IMG/VR virus record: IMGVR_UViG_3300035211_000022
Coordinates: 1 to 35,935 of that record
Direction: 5' to 3' (one strand)
Origin: a virus
Length of the DNA: 35,935 nucleotides
Shown here: in pieces, positions 24,466 through 32,306 of the stretch
Position numbering within the stretch: the first letter of the stretch is position 1
How the letters are laid out: each line of letters begins with the position of its first letter
Position numbers and translations under genes: made by a program
Notes under the pieces: model-generated
The model's input: only the letters and a program-made list of their open reading frames with translations
Database searches by the model: none
What the model was told of the DNA's origin: nothing

Positions 24466-24512
24466 AATAACCTCCTCGATGATTGAGACGCTCCGCGCTC
24501 AATATCTCTCTG

Positions 24513-25061
24513 TTATTTAATCCTGAGTGACCGCTTGCCCTTGGCAAGCCTCACGCCGGGGATATCGTCGATCGCCGCCAGGGCCCCGGGGTTGTCCTTC
24601 AAGGCCTCCCGCGCATCCCGGATCTTTTTCAGGGCATCAAGCAGATCCTTTTTCTTCGGCTTCAACTCGGTTTTAACCTCCAGGTACTCGTCCGGGATCG
24701 CGTCTGCGTCGACGATCTCGAGCTGGTCAGCTGCCTGGGCCAGGGTGATCGTGAAGTAGGGGCACTCGATCTTGTTGGTGCCTGACGTCTCCATGTTGGA
24801 TCGCAGGTACTCCTCGAGGCGGCCCTGGCGATTGGTGATCACCTTCTTCCTTGCCTGCAGCCTGGCGATCTCCTTGTCCAGCGCCTCCACGCTATAGTCC
24901 ATGCCCCTGGACACCTGCACCACCGCCACGGCCTTGTCGTCGAAGGCCATTTGCAGCGAGTCCAGGGTATCCTTGATCGCCTCCTCTGGTAGCTCCTCCT
25001 TCTCGATCAGCTTCTGGAACTCCACCAGATCGCCGGTCAGCTCATACAGTGGTTCACTCAT
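24513..25061 (-). CDS. Siphovirus Gp157-family protein (182 aa)
   Basis: LYELTGDLVEFQKLIE..EEAIKDTLDSL.., ..RLEEYLRSNME..NKIECPYFTITL.. and the C-terminal ..IPGVRLAKGKRSLRIK match the Gp157 family pattern. Confidence 0.8.
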   Translation of the reverse strand: MSEPLYELTGDLVEFQKLIEKEELPEEAIKDTLDSLQMAFDDKAVAVVQVSRGMDYSVEALDKEIARLQARKKVITNRQGRLEEYLRSNMETSGTNKIECPYFTITLAQAADQLEIVDADAIPDEYLEVKTELKPKKKDLLDALKKIRDAREALKDNPGALAAIDDIPGVRLAKGKRSLRIK

Positions 25062-25869
25062 CGCTTTGCTCCTCTACGGTTTCTGCCTCTTCGGCCTGCT
25101 CTTTGCTTGGATTGGGTTTCAGTCGTTCCTTGGCGGCGCTGTAGGCCTTCTGCAGGCGGACCTCTGCCTTGCTGTCTTTGCGCGCAGCCACCTTGCGGAC
25201 AGCGGACTTATAGGAGGTATTGAGGCGCACCATGTCCGGCGCACCCTCCAGCTCCTCCACGATGGCCTTTAGCCAGTCCAGATATTCCTGCTCTTTGCGC
25301 GCCTCTTCCTCCGCCTGTTTGTCGGCAGCAAGGATCGCCTGCTCATTTTCCAGGGCCGCAAGGTAATTCACGTCGTCGTACTCGCCCATGAAGACATCAC
25401 CGGCAAACCCGAGCTGCGATAGGCATTTTTTCAGGGCATCGGTGATCGACTTCTTGAAATACTCCATGTCGTGCTTCACCTCGTTGTACCGCTTGTTGTA
25501 GGTGATATAGGGGGTGTGGCCAACCGCCCACACGTGGCCGATCCCGTCCTTGCCATCGCTATTGGGGTAATAGAGATCAAGGATCAGGGTGTGCACCTGC
25601 CCGTATGCGATCGCGTTACCTTCGGCATCCCAGGCGATCGCCGGGCCCGTGTCGAACCGCTCAGACCCCTCGCGCAGGTCAAACCACCAGCGGCCCCCCA
25701 GCGGCCCCCACAACTCCGTTGCGCGGCGGATCAGGTACTGTGGGTTGATTGAGGTACCAGAAAACCCTCCGGGCCCGGTGTACTCCCTGGTGTATTTTTG
25801 CGGTGTGCTGTAGACCTCATCCCACAGCTTGGTATTTTTTCTGCTCACTTCGTCGCTCTTCAACGCCAT
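25054..25869 (-). CDS. Rad52-superfamily single-strand annealing protein (Sak/DUF1071-like, 271 aa)
   Basis: The motif ..FKKSITDALKKCLSQLGFAGDVFMGEYDDVNY.., adjacency to Gp157 and SSB, and an acidic C-terminal tail. Confidence 0.7.
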   Translation of the reverse strand: MALKSDEVSRKNTKLWDEVYSTPQKYTREYTGPGGFSGTSINPQYLIRRATELWGPLGGRWWFDLREGSERFDTGPAIAWDAEGNAIAYGQVHTLILDLYYPNSDGKDGIGHVWAVGHTPYITYNKRYNEVKHDMEYFKKSITDALKKCLSQLGFAGDVFMGEYDDVNYLAALENEQAILAADKQAEEEARKEQEYLDWLKAIVEELEGAPDMVRLNTSYKSAVRKVAARKDSKAEVRLQKAYSAAKERLKPNPSKEQAEEAETVEEQSDE

Positions 25870-25903
25870 TTTGGTTTCCCCTGATTAGCGGTTACATAGT
25901 GCA

Positions 25904-25932
25904 AATATAGCGCAATAATTGCGAATGCGCAA
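25904..25932 (-). promoter_or_regulatory. Promoter P3 (TTGCGC-N17-TATATT on the minus strand) with a 13-nt palindrome CGCAATaATTGCG (25911-25923) in the spacer
   Basis: -10 at 25904-25909 and -35 at 25927-25932, 35 nt upstream of the annealase ATG. Confidence 0.55.
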
Positions 25933-25988
25933 GGGGTAACATATCGACAAGCGGGACGCTAGGCGCCCGTTGTCTATGTGTTATAACG

Positions 25989-26117
25989 CTACTCGCTGTC
26001 GTACTCGCCGCAAATTGGACAGCGGTAGGTATCAATATCAACATCGCAGCCATCGGCCTGCGTACCGCTCGCAGTATCTACCAGCTCCATTTCTACACCA
26101 CATTCGACGCAAACCAT
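25989..26117 (-). CDS. Small zinc-ribbon protein (42 aa; below the ORF-track length cutoff)
   Basis: Hand translation gives MVCVECGVEMELVDTASGTQADGCDVDIDTYRCPICGEYDSE. It has a CxxC...CxxC pattern and GAGGTG 4-5 nt upstream of the ATG. Confidence 0.55.
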   Translation of the reverse strand: MVCVECGVEMELVDTASGTQADGCDVDIDTYRCPICGEYDSE

Positions 26118-26185
26118 AAATCACCTCGCGTTATAACCAGTCAATCAAGCGCGACCCTCGTACCTCGGGCCGCTTATTTCCATCG

Positions 26186-26719
26186 TTACAGCGTAACCCT
26201 CACATATTCCACGCGCCGGCCCGGCTCCCACACTGGGATCATTGTTTCAAAGTTCACGCCGGCCATTACCTGGCCAAACATCGGGTGAATGAAGTTGATC
26301 CGCCTGTCCGGCATGATGATCCGATCCACCCCCTTCTCCATCTGCCGGTACCACTCAAAGCACACGCCGGCCGGGACCATTCCAACCACTGTCATGCCGC
26401 GGCGGGCCATAAGTTCCGCCCGGTGGATAAACTGGGCTTTCATGGTAAACGGCGGATTCATGAATGCGTAGCGCCCCAGCAGGGACCAATCTGTGGCGAG
26501 CGCGTCCCAATAGCAGCGAAGGCCAGGGATCTGGCAGTCATAGAAGAACCGCGGATCCTTGGTGATCACGCTGGGTGCCTTGCGGTTAAACGGCGTACCG
26601 GCCACGTCAACGTCAAATTTGAAGCCCAGGACGCGCTCCAGGGAGCGGACCACAGCCGGGTCCGTCTCCCACAGATCCCGCAAGTGCGCCTTTGTGTTGG
26701 TGCCATTGCGGATAGCCAT
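26186..26719 (-). CDS. Phage Dam-type DNA N6-adenine methyltransferase (177 aa)
   Basis: ..LWETDPAVV..FDVDVAGTP.., a catalytic NPPF motif (..YAFMNPPFT..), and the size and style of the phage N-6-adenine-methyltransferase family. Confidence 0.8.
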   Translation of the reverse strand: MAIRNGTNTKAHLRDLWETDPAVVRSLERVLGFKFDVDVAGTPFNRKAPSVITKDPRFFYDCQIPGLRCYWDALATDWSLLGRYAFMNPPFTMKAQFIHRAELMARRGMTVVGMVPAGVCFEWYRQMEKGVDRIIMPDRRINFIHPMFGQVMAGVNFETMIPVWEPGRRVEYVRVTL

Positions 26720-27079
26720 CTAGTGAGCCACCCCGCCGCCGCAGTCGCTGCAGTCGCCGCTGCAGCGTTCCTTGGCGTCCAGCGCGCTGTTGACCTTCGC
26801 CACGTGCTCGCTAAGGTTCATGGCCCAGGTTACGGCCCAGGTGGTCATTTCATACGTCCGCCGCTTGAGATCGTGCAGGTTTCGCTCCCTGAGTTCGCCG
26901 CCCTTGCGCACCCCATCGCGTCTGAGGTGCGGCGGGTAGTCCTCCTCCATGAGGCTAAACCAGTCGGGCTTTGGCGGCGCCATGGCCGCGTATTTCTCCA
27001 GCTTGCTGTGCCGCGCCCCGCGCTCCATCTGCGCCGCAATCAGTGCCAGATCGGGGATGGTTTCGTTTTCTTCGCTCAT
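26720..27079 (-). CDS. Hypothetical protein (119 aa), Cys-rich C-terminus
   Basis: AAGGAG lies 6 nt upstream. Its stop abuts the methyltransferase start. Confidence 0.65.
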   Translation of the reverse strand: MSEENETIPDLALIAAQMERGARHSKLEKYAAMAPPKPDWFSLMEEDYPPHLRRDGVRKGGELRERNLHDLKRRTYEMTTWAVTWAMNLSEHVAKVNSALDAKERCSGDCSDCGGGVAH

Positions 27080-27130
27080 CGTCTTCTCCTTGCTATGGGC
27101 GGGCCGGAATTGGCCCGCCTTTGGTGGTGG

Positions 27131-27976
27131 TTAAATGGTCATGCTGCCAGTGAACAGCCGAACAGAGGCAACGCGATCGATGATCTTGGAGATCAGCAGC
27201 TCCTTAAACTCTTCGCTGATCAGCTCTTCATCGCGGGCGCGCATACCCCAGCGAAGCACAAAAACCGGCTCATCACGGCTCGTGAGCATGCGCAGGCGCA
27301 GCTGGAACGGCCGCATATTAAGATCGGTCGACGGCTGGCAGTTAAACTCAAAGCCCCAGGGCAGCGGGCGGCCGGTGCTGGACTTTGCATTGACGCTGGC
27401 CAGGGTTGACCGGCTTTCGCCAAAGTCCTCGACCTTCGTTTCCGCGCTGCGCGCCTCCTCCAGGGTGATCGCCCGGATGACCGCGATCGCCTGGCTGACC
27501 GTGTAGGCCTCGTCGGTGGAAGAGATAGGCACGATGTAGTCAGCCCAGTCCTCCAGCCATTCCGCCATGTCGCGCTGGCTCATGTGGTTCCCGTCGATGC
27601 TCTCCAGCTGCCTGTAGGCCTCGAGCTTCCTGGTGGCCAGGTCGGCCGTGTCGTCGCCGTGGCCCGGGTTCATGCTGTTGCCGAGATTAAACCGCACCCT
27701 GGCAGAAAGTCTGTCGGAATCGATCATGGCGATCAGGGCGGATCCAAAATCCTCGCCCTCATCCACCCTCGTCTCCAGGTAGTCAACAAAATCATCCATG
27801 GCACTGGTGGTGAATTGCGCCCGGTACCGGAAACGGCCAGGGAGCAGCGGCTCAAAATCCTTAAGCGTGGTATTCCCCGGCAGGACCATGGCGCGGCCAG
27901 CGATGTCCCCGTGCACCTCCTGGGAGGCGGTCACAAGCGCCTGGATTGCCTCGATTGCTTTGTGGTTTTCTTCCAT
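27131..27976 (-). CDS. DUF2303 (YfdQ-like) family protein (281 aa)
   Basis: Length and motifs (..GRFRYRAQFTTSAMDDFVDYL.., ..MAEWLEDWADYIV..) resemble YfdQ-type prophage proteins. This is unverified. Confidence 0.6.
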   Translation of the reverse strand: MEENHKAIEAIQALVTASQEVHGDIAGRAMVLPGNTTLKDFEPLLPGRFRYRAQFTTSAMDDFVDYLETRVDEGEDFGSALIAMIDSDRLSARVRFNLGNSMNPGHGDDTADLATRKLEAYRQLESIDGNHMSQRDMAEWLEDWADYIVPISSTDEAYTVSQAIAVIRAITLEEARSAETKVEDFGESRSTLASVNAKSSTGRPLPWGFEFNCQPSTDLNMRPFQLRLRMLTSRDEPVFVLRWGMRARDEELISEEFKELLISKIIDRVASVRLFTGSMTI

Positions 27977-28013
27977 CTGATTCTCCTTGCTGCTGGTTGG
28001 GTTGTCGGGCGGA

Positions 28014-28367
28014 TTACTTCTCGCCCTGGTTGGCTACCTCGCCCTTTTTGTCAAACAGCTGCGTCTGATCGGGCGGGAAGAAGGAAAGGGCGCCTTTTGG
28101 GCCCACATACAGCGGGGTTTCCCCCGTGTCCTCGTCGGTGTATTTGCCGCGGTCATGGGGGACGACGGCGGCGATCTGGTGCTTCACCATGACCTGATAG
28201 CCCTTGCCAAGGCGCGACAGCTCGAATGTGAGCGTTACCTTGCCCTTTTTCCCCTTCTCGCCGTGGTCGACAACAGCCGCGGCCACCTCAGACAGGATCC
28301 GGCTCATCTTCTCATCGAAAACGCCGGCCTCCAGGTCTTTAATGAACTTGTCGGTATCGGTACTCAC
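28014..28367 (-). CDS. Hypothetical protein (117 aa)
   Basis: ORF tiled in the operon, with a 4-nt overlap to the upstream gene. Confidence 0.6.
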   Translation of the reverse strand: MSTDTDKFIKDLEAGVFDEKMSRILSEVAAAVVDHGEKGKKGKVTLTFELSRLGKGYQVMVKHQIAAVVPHDRGKYTDEDTGETPLYVGPKGALSFFPPDQTQLFDKKGEVANQGEK

Positions 28368-28594
28368 TGGATGCTCCTCGATAGTTGGTTAAGGCGGCCC
28401 TTCTTGCCGTAGATCAGGCGCGCCGTTTCTTTTGTTACCGGGACCACCAGCACGAAGTCTGGATCGATCCCGCAATATGCCAGGGCCGGCCTTACCCGCT
28501 CCCTGACCTCCTCCGCCGTCTCCCCTTCCATTGTCAGAATTTCTCGCCTTGCCTCCTGGGAAAACTTTGGATTTGACTGGATGCTGAATTTCAC
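28364..28594 (-). CDS. Hypothetical protein (76 aa)
   Basis: ORF tiled in the operon. Confidence 0.55.
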   Translation of the reverse strand: MKFSIQSNPKFSQEARREILTMEGETAEEVRERVRPALAYCGIDPDFVLVVPVTKETARLIYGKKGRLNQLSRSIQ

Positions 28595-28597
28595 GGC

Positions 28598-28831
28598 TCA
28601 GTCCTCGTATTTGGTGCCGACTCCCTGGCGAATGGTTGCCAACAGGGTGTAACCCCACCGCTCAACGCCCGCCTCCTCCTCGTCGTTGTATTGCATCGAC
28701 CACTTGCGATCGAAGTGTGCAAACATAAGTTCCCTGCATTTCTGCTCGCTCTCCGCCTCGATCACCACATAGCGGCCGTTGTGCTCGTGGCCGCTGCCAA
28801 AGGTGAACACCTGCCGTACATCGTTAGCCAT
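28598..28831 (-). CDS. Hypothetical protein (77 aa)
   Basis: ATG 28831 overlaps the upstream stop (ATGGCTAA), suggesting translational coupling. Confidence 0.6.
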   Translation of the reverse strand: MANDVRQVFTFGSGHEHNGRYVVIEAESEQKCRELMFAHFDRKWSMQYNDEEEAGVERWGYTLLATIRQGVGTKYED

Positions 28832-29024
28832 CGTCGCCTGTCCTCTCATAATCACGCATGTATTGGTCGGGCTTTACCCCTCCAGCAGCCAGACGCTCCA
28901 GCATCTTGTTGATTCGCTTCTCGAATCTTCCGGCGCTCTCGCCGGGCATGCTCTGCAGCATCACGGGGAAGGCCGGGGTGCCATACCCCGGCAAGGCCCT
29001 GGGGTGGTAGAGGTAAACGCGCAT
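28824..29024 (-). CDS. Hypothetical protein (66 aa)
   Basis: ORF tiled in the operon. Confidence 0.5.
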   Translation of the reverse strand: MRVYLYHPRALPGYGTPAFPVMLQSMPGESAGRFEKRINKMLERLAAGGVKPDQYMRDYERTGDDG

Positions 29025-29041
29025 CGTGTCCTCCTGGGGCG

Positions 29042-29779
29042 CTACAGGCGCCCCTCCTCCTTCAAACGCTCTTTGATCCCTTCGCGGATCTCGTAGTCCA
29101 GTTTCCAGCCAATGCTGGCGCTGCCGTAGTAACTGCGGTCGAAGTAGTCAACCATCGAATCCGAGTTGTCGCGGTTGTATGCGTCGTGGATCTTTTTCAG
29201 CACTTCGAGCACTTTGTCCGCCTTCTTGGACAGCATTTCACCATCCCAGCCGCTATAGCGGTCGGCGGGGCGGGTAAACCCCTTGGTTTCAATGGCGTAC
29301 TCGTCGGTGTACCAGACAAAGCCCTCCGGGAGCGCCGTCACGCTGATATCGATCGAGCGGCCGCCGCTGTAGCGGCTGATCCTGACCGACGTCTTGATGC
29401 CCTTGGGCAGGTCGCCGGCCTTGATGGCCTCGCGGATGTCGCGGCGCATGAGCTTGGCGATGTCTTTCACGTCAAGGTGGCCGCCCTCCTCGTATCGCTC
29501 ACCCTTCCACTCGTTTTCGGGGTCACAATAGCGCGGCATGTAAGGCTCAGGCTCGCGCCTGGGTTCCGGCTCAGGGGCCGGCTCAGGGGCTGGCGCCGGG
29601 GCGATGTCGTCGCCGACTGCCGCCTTGAGGCTCATAAAGTTCTCGAGGCTCACGCTTTCCAGGGTCTTGGCGATCGCATACTCGACGGCCTCACGCGGGG
29701 CGCCGGGAGTCTGGCCCATCATCTTGTCAACAAGGGTGGCCGAGACGCGGGCTTTCTCAACGGGGAATCGTACCAACAT
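29042..29779 (-). CDS. Hypothetical protein (245 aa) with a PAPAPEPAPEPEP linker and a C-terminal alpha/beta domain carrying DNSDSMVDYFD (possibly LPD29-like)
   Basis: First gene downstream of promoter P2, with AGGAGG upstream. The C-terminal motif recalls a plasmid/phage polyvalent-protein-associated domain. This is unverified. Confidence 0.65.
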   Translation of the reverse strand: MLVRFPVEKARVSATLVDKMMGQTPGAPREAVEYAIAKTLESVSLENFMSLKAAVGDDIAPAPAPEPAPEPEPRREPEPYMPRYCDPENEWKGERYEEGGHLDVKDIAKLMRRDIREAIKAGDLPKGIKTSVRISRYSGGRSIDISVTALPEGFVWYTDEYAIETKGFTRPADRYSGWDGEMLSKKADKVLEVLKKIHDAYNRDNSDSMVDYFDRSYYGSASIGWKLDYEIREGIKERLKEEGRL

Positions 29780-29818
29780 GGCTATTTCCTCCTGTCTATC
29801 TCTCTCTCACACAACACA

Positions 29819-29847
29819 AGCATAGCACCGGGACTGCGCAGGGTCAA
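29819..29847 (-). promoter_or_regulatory. Promoter P2: TTGACC-N17-TGcTATGCT (minus strand)
   Basis: -10 at 29819-29824 and -35 at 29842-29847, with an A-tract further upstream (29863-29869). The leader is nearly identical to the P1 leader. Confidence 0.65.
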
Positions 29848-29870
29848 GGAATGAACTATTGGTTTTTTTC

Positions 29871-30264
29871 GCAGGGTCCGCTGGGCAATAGGGGGTCATA
29901 GATACCCTGGGACACCCCCCTGGGATCTTTGCCCGGCCACCATTGCCGGGAGGTTCTGCTCTGGTTCCCCACACTCAAACTGTCGTCAACGGTTACCGTC
30001 CTGGTGCGCCGTCACGCCCCCCAAGGTGTCGCAGAGACGTTTTTAATCCCTTGGCGCCGGTATCAAGCGCCTGAGTGTGGTTGCTGGCTTTTCTTCCTGG
30101 CGGGCACCATAAGACCCCACTGATCACGCTAGGAGTGCGGCGACAGTGGAAACACAAGATGTTGTGTTTCAGGGGTTGCAAAGAGGGGATATCTTGAGTA
30201 GGATATTAACTGTCCTGGACGGACACCCCTGATGCAATCCCTTGTCGCAGAGTAAGATTGCAAT
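29871..30264. other. About 400-nt noncoding, hairpin-rich region with no convincing ORF on either strand
   Basis: Only junk-like TTG-initiated ORFs are present. Perfect 9-bp hairpin at 30149-30170. Other stems at 29931-29949, 30021-30054 and 30233-30262. Short direct repeats are also present. Confidence 0.6.
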
Positions 30265-30299
30265 AAAAACCCCCTCGGTGCAAGCCTTGGGGGTTTTTT
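30205..30299 (+). ncRNA. Candidate small RNA (about 90 nt)
   Basis: TTGCAA (30176-30181)-N17-TAGGAT (30199-30204), then a 7-bp stem-loop at 30233-30262 and a CCCCC/GGGGG hairpin followed by TTTTTT ending at 30299. There is no experimental or covariation support. Confidence 0.25.
30265..30299. terminator. Bidirectional rho-independent terminator
   Basis: AAAAACCCCC-14 nt-GGGGGTTTTTT. It ends leftward operon 1, whose last stop is at 30312. Confidence 0.7.
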
Positions 30300-30311
30300 C
30301 TTGCCTGGGTT

Positions 30312-30575
30312 TCAGGGGGTAAGTGTGGCCCACCCGTCCCCATATTCTAGCTTGAACCTTGGGATCCAACCGCTCTCATGGCCTTTGTACACGCCGCACT
30401 TGCCAACGTATTCGTAGGCCACCTGATAGCACAGATAGTTGACCACAAAGGGATCAAACTCCAGCAGGTTAAAGGCCTTTACCAGCTCAGGCGGGTATAG
30501 CAGCCGACCCATGGCATAGGCGCCGCCCCCGCTTGGCACTGACCCTGTAGGAACAACAATCCGCACCGTTGTCAT
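30312..30575 (-). CDS. Hypothetical protein (87 aa)
   Basis: Last ORF of leftward operon 1, directly followed by the terminator. Confidence 0.6.
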   Translation of the reverse strand: MTTVRIVVPTGSVPSGGGAYAMGRLLYPPELVKAFNLLEFDPFVVNYLCYQVAYEYVGKCGVYKGHESGWIPRFKLEYGDGWATLTP

Positions 30576-30579
30576 ATCG

Positions 30580-30876
30580 CTATTTCCCGCAGCAGGAGCC
30601 GCATAGGACTCGGATCGGATTGGGATCCGTCACTTCGCCGTACTGATCCACCTTGAACTCGCCATTTAGCAAGTCCCGGCGTCCACAGTGATCACAGGTT
30701 CCATGGTCGAACAGAAACCATTTGGTCCCGGGCTGGTTTTCAGGGCATCCCTGGCGATCGCAGTGATCCCGCTCATCCAGGGGGTGGTAGCAGATCCCGC
30801 ACGTGTCGGCCGGGATCGAGGTCTTTCGTTCGTTGTCCACAGCTTCCTCCTGTAGGTTGCCGTCAAGATTGGCCAT
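30580..30876 (-). CDS. Cys/His-rich putative zinc-binding protein (98 aa)
   Basis: CGICYH, HCDRQGC, CDHC and a C-terminal CGSCCGK. Confidence 0.6.
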   Translation of the reverse strand: MANLDGNLQEEAVDNERKTSIPADTCGICYHPLDERDHCDRQGCPENQPGTKWFLFDHGTCDHCGRRDLLNGEFKVDQYGEVTDPNPIRVLCGSCCGK

Positions 30877-31096
30877 CTTCCACCACCTCCTCGAATGTGC
30901 ACAGGCTATCGCGCACGGTGATCGGTTCGCCCTTCTCCACTTCGTTGTAGTGGAGAAGTGCCCCAGCGCGGCCCTCGACGATTACGCCGCTCACCCACTC
31001 GCCATTGATATGTTCGACAAGCAGGGTAAAGGTTCCTTTCCGACGGTGGCGGACCTTGTAGCATTTGCCCTTCTCTATTTCAGTTTGCGTTTCCAT
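30863..31096 (-). CDS. Hypothetical protein (77 aa)
   Basis: ORF tiled in the operon. Confidence 0.55.
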   Translation of the reverse strand: METQTEIEKGKCYKVRHRRKGTFTLLVEHINGEWVSGVIVEGRAGALLHYNEVEKGEPITVRDSLCTFEEVVEDGQS

Positions 31097-31132
31097 TGTG
31101 TTCTCCAGGTAAGGGGCCAGAAGGCCCCGGGG

Positions 31133-31486
31133 TTATGCGCCAGCGCCCAAAAGCAGCTCATAGGCAGCCCGCGCTGCGGCGTCTTCTTCCTTGAATGCTT
31201 TTGCGCGGTCCAGTCCAGCGGCCTTGGCCTTGGCCTCGCCCATGAACTTGGAGGCCTCGACATAGATCCCGCTGCCGAAGGCAAACCGATCGCTGGCGAG
31301 CGCGTAGCCGTCGACGCGGACGGTTGCATTGAGATAAAGATCCTGGGCCAGGGTGAAGCTGTAGACCACATCGTGGCCATTGGCTACCACCTCTACCTGC
31401 TGCCCTCCCGGGATCTGTCGAATGTCGACCCCGTTGGCTTGTTTAAGGATCTCCGTCTTCATCATTTCAACTACTGACTTACTCAT
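31133..31486 (-). CDS. Hypothetical protein (117 aa)
   Basis: ATG 31486 lies 8 nt after GGAG, which is preferred over the upstream start in the ORF track. Confidence 0.6.
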   Translation of the reverse strand: MSKSVVEMMKTEILKQANGVDIRQIPGGQQVEVVANGHDVVYSFTLAQDLYLNATVRVDGYALASDRFAFGSGIYVEASKFMGEAKAKAAGLDRAKAFKEEDAAARAAYELLLGAGA

Positions 31487-31528
31487 GGCTATTGCTCCAG
31501 GTGGGTGGGGCCCGAAAGCCCCGGTCAA

Positions 31529-31900
31529 TCAAAGCTGCTCGATCTTCTCTACCGCTTCCAGCTTCTCCAGCAGGAACTCGTAGTCGGCGATCCGCTTCAA
31601 CGTCTCCTGTTTCCACTGGCGAATGACCCCGGGCGTGCCGGCGCCATTGGTCACGTTCTTTGCAATTGTCTTGGCGTCCTCCTTGGTGAAGCGCGGCACA
31701 GCCCAGGGCGCCCCAGTGCCGCACTGGCCGGTCAGCACCTCGGCGCCGTTGACGCCCCTCCTCACCTGGGGGCTGATGGCGACGCCATCACAAACCACAA
31801 TGAAGTTCTGGCGCGCCACCGTGCCCTCGGAAAGGCGCAGAGCCTCGCGCCCCTCCTCGATCAACGCCTTCACATTGGCGATCTCTGCCTTAACTCCCAT
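31529..31900 (-). CDS. Hypothetical protein (123 aa)
   Basis: ORF tiled in the operon. Confidence 0.6.
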   Translation of the reverse strand: MGVKAEIANVKALIEEGREALRLSEGTVARQNFIVVCDGVAISPQVRRGVNGAEVLTGQCGTGAPWAVPRFTKEDAKTIAKNVTNGAGTPGVIRQWKQETLKRIADYEFLLEKLEAVEKIEQL

Positions 31901-31902
31901 GG

Positions 31903-32217
31903 CTATGCCCTCCCCTTGATTGAAAACCCGATCACGCCATCGTCGATGGCCTTGAACACCAGCGCCTCCTGCAGCCCGCGGTCCATGGCGGCGAACTTGG
32001 CGCTGTTCTCCTCATTCAGTGCGCCCAGCAGCAGGTCGATCGCCTTGTCCATTTCCTCCTTTTCCTTCTCCTCGGCGAAGCCCTGGCAGCTCATGCAGAT
32101 CCCATAACCGGCGTCCTGGTCCTGGTCGGCGTACTCGGGCCAAACCTTGAAGTCCATGCCGCAACAGCCGCAGGTCAACCATTTACCAATCTTGATGCCG
32201 TCTTTAGTGCGTAACAT
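31903..32217 (-). CDS. Zinc-ribbon-like protein (104 aa), first gene of leftward operon 1
   Basis: CGCCG..CMSC cysteine pairs. AGGAG lies 8 nt upstream. Confidence 0.65.
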   Translation of the reverse strand: MLRTKDGIKIGKWLTCGCCGMDFKVWPEYADQDQDAGYGICMSCQGFAEEKEKEEMDKAIDLLLGALNEENSAKFAAMDRGLQEALVFKAIDDGVIGFSIKGRA

Positions 32218-32253
32218 GATGATTTCTCCTGTCTTTCTCTCTCACACAACACA

Positions 32254-32282
32254 AAGATAGCACAAGTCTGACGGGGGCGCAA
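32254..32282 (-). promoter_or_regulatory. Promoter P1: TTGCGC-N17-TGcTATCTT (minus strand)
   Basis: -10 at 32254-32259 and -35 at 32277-32282. It sits back-to-back with the rightward promoter. Confidence 0.6.
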
Positions 32283-32306
32283 GGTAGCCCGTGCGAAGTT
32301 TTCCCT

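Noticed and set aside
29930-30130. Possible tRNA or attP core in the noncoding region.
   Set aside because: I found no GTTCRANYC T-loop with flanking 5-bp stems on either strand and could not draw an acceptor/anticodon cloverleaf. No integrase gene exists to use an att site.
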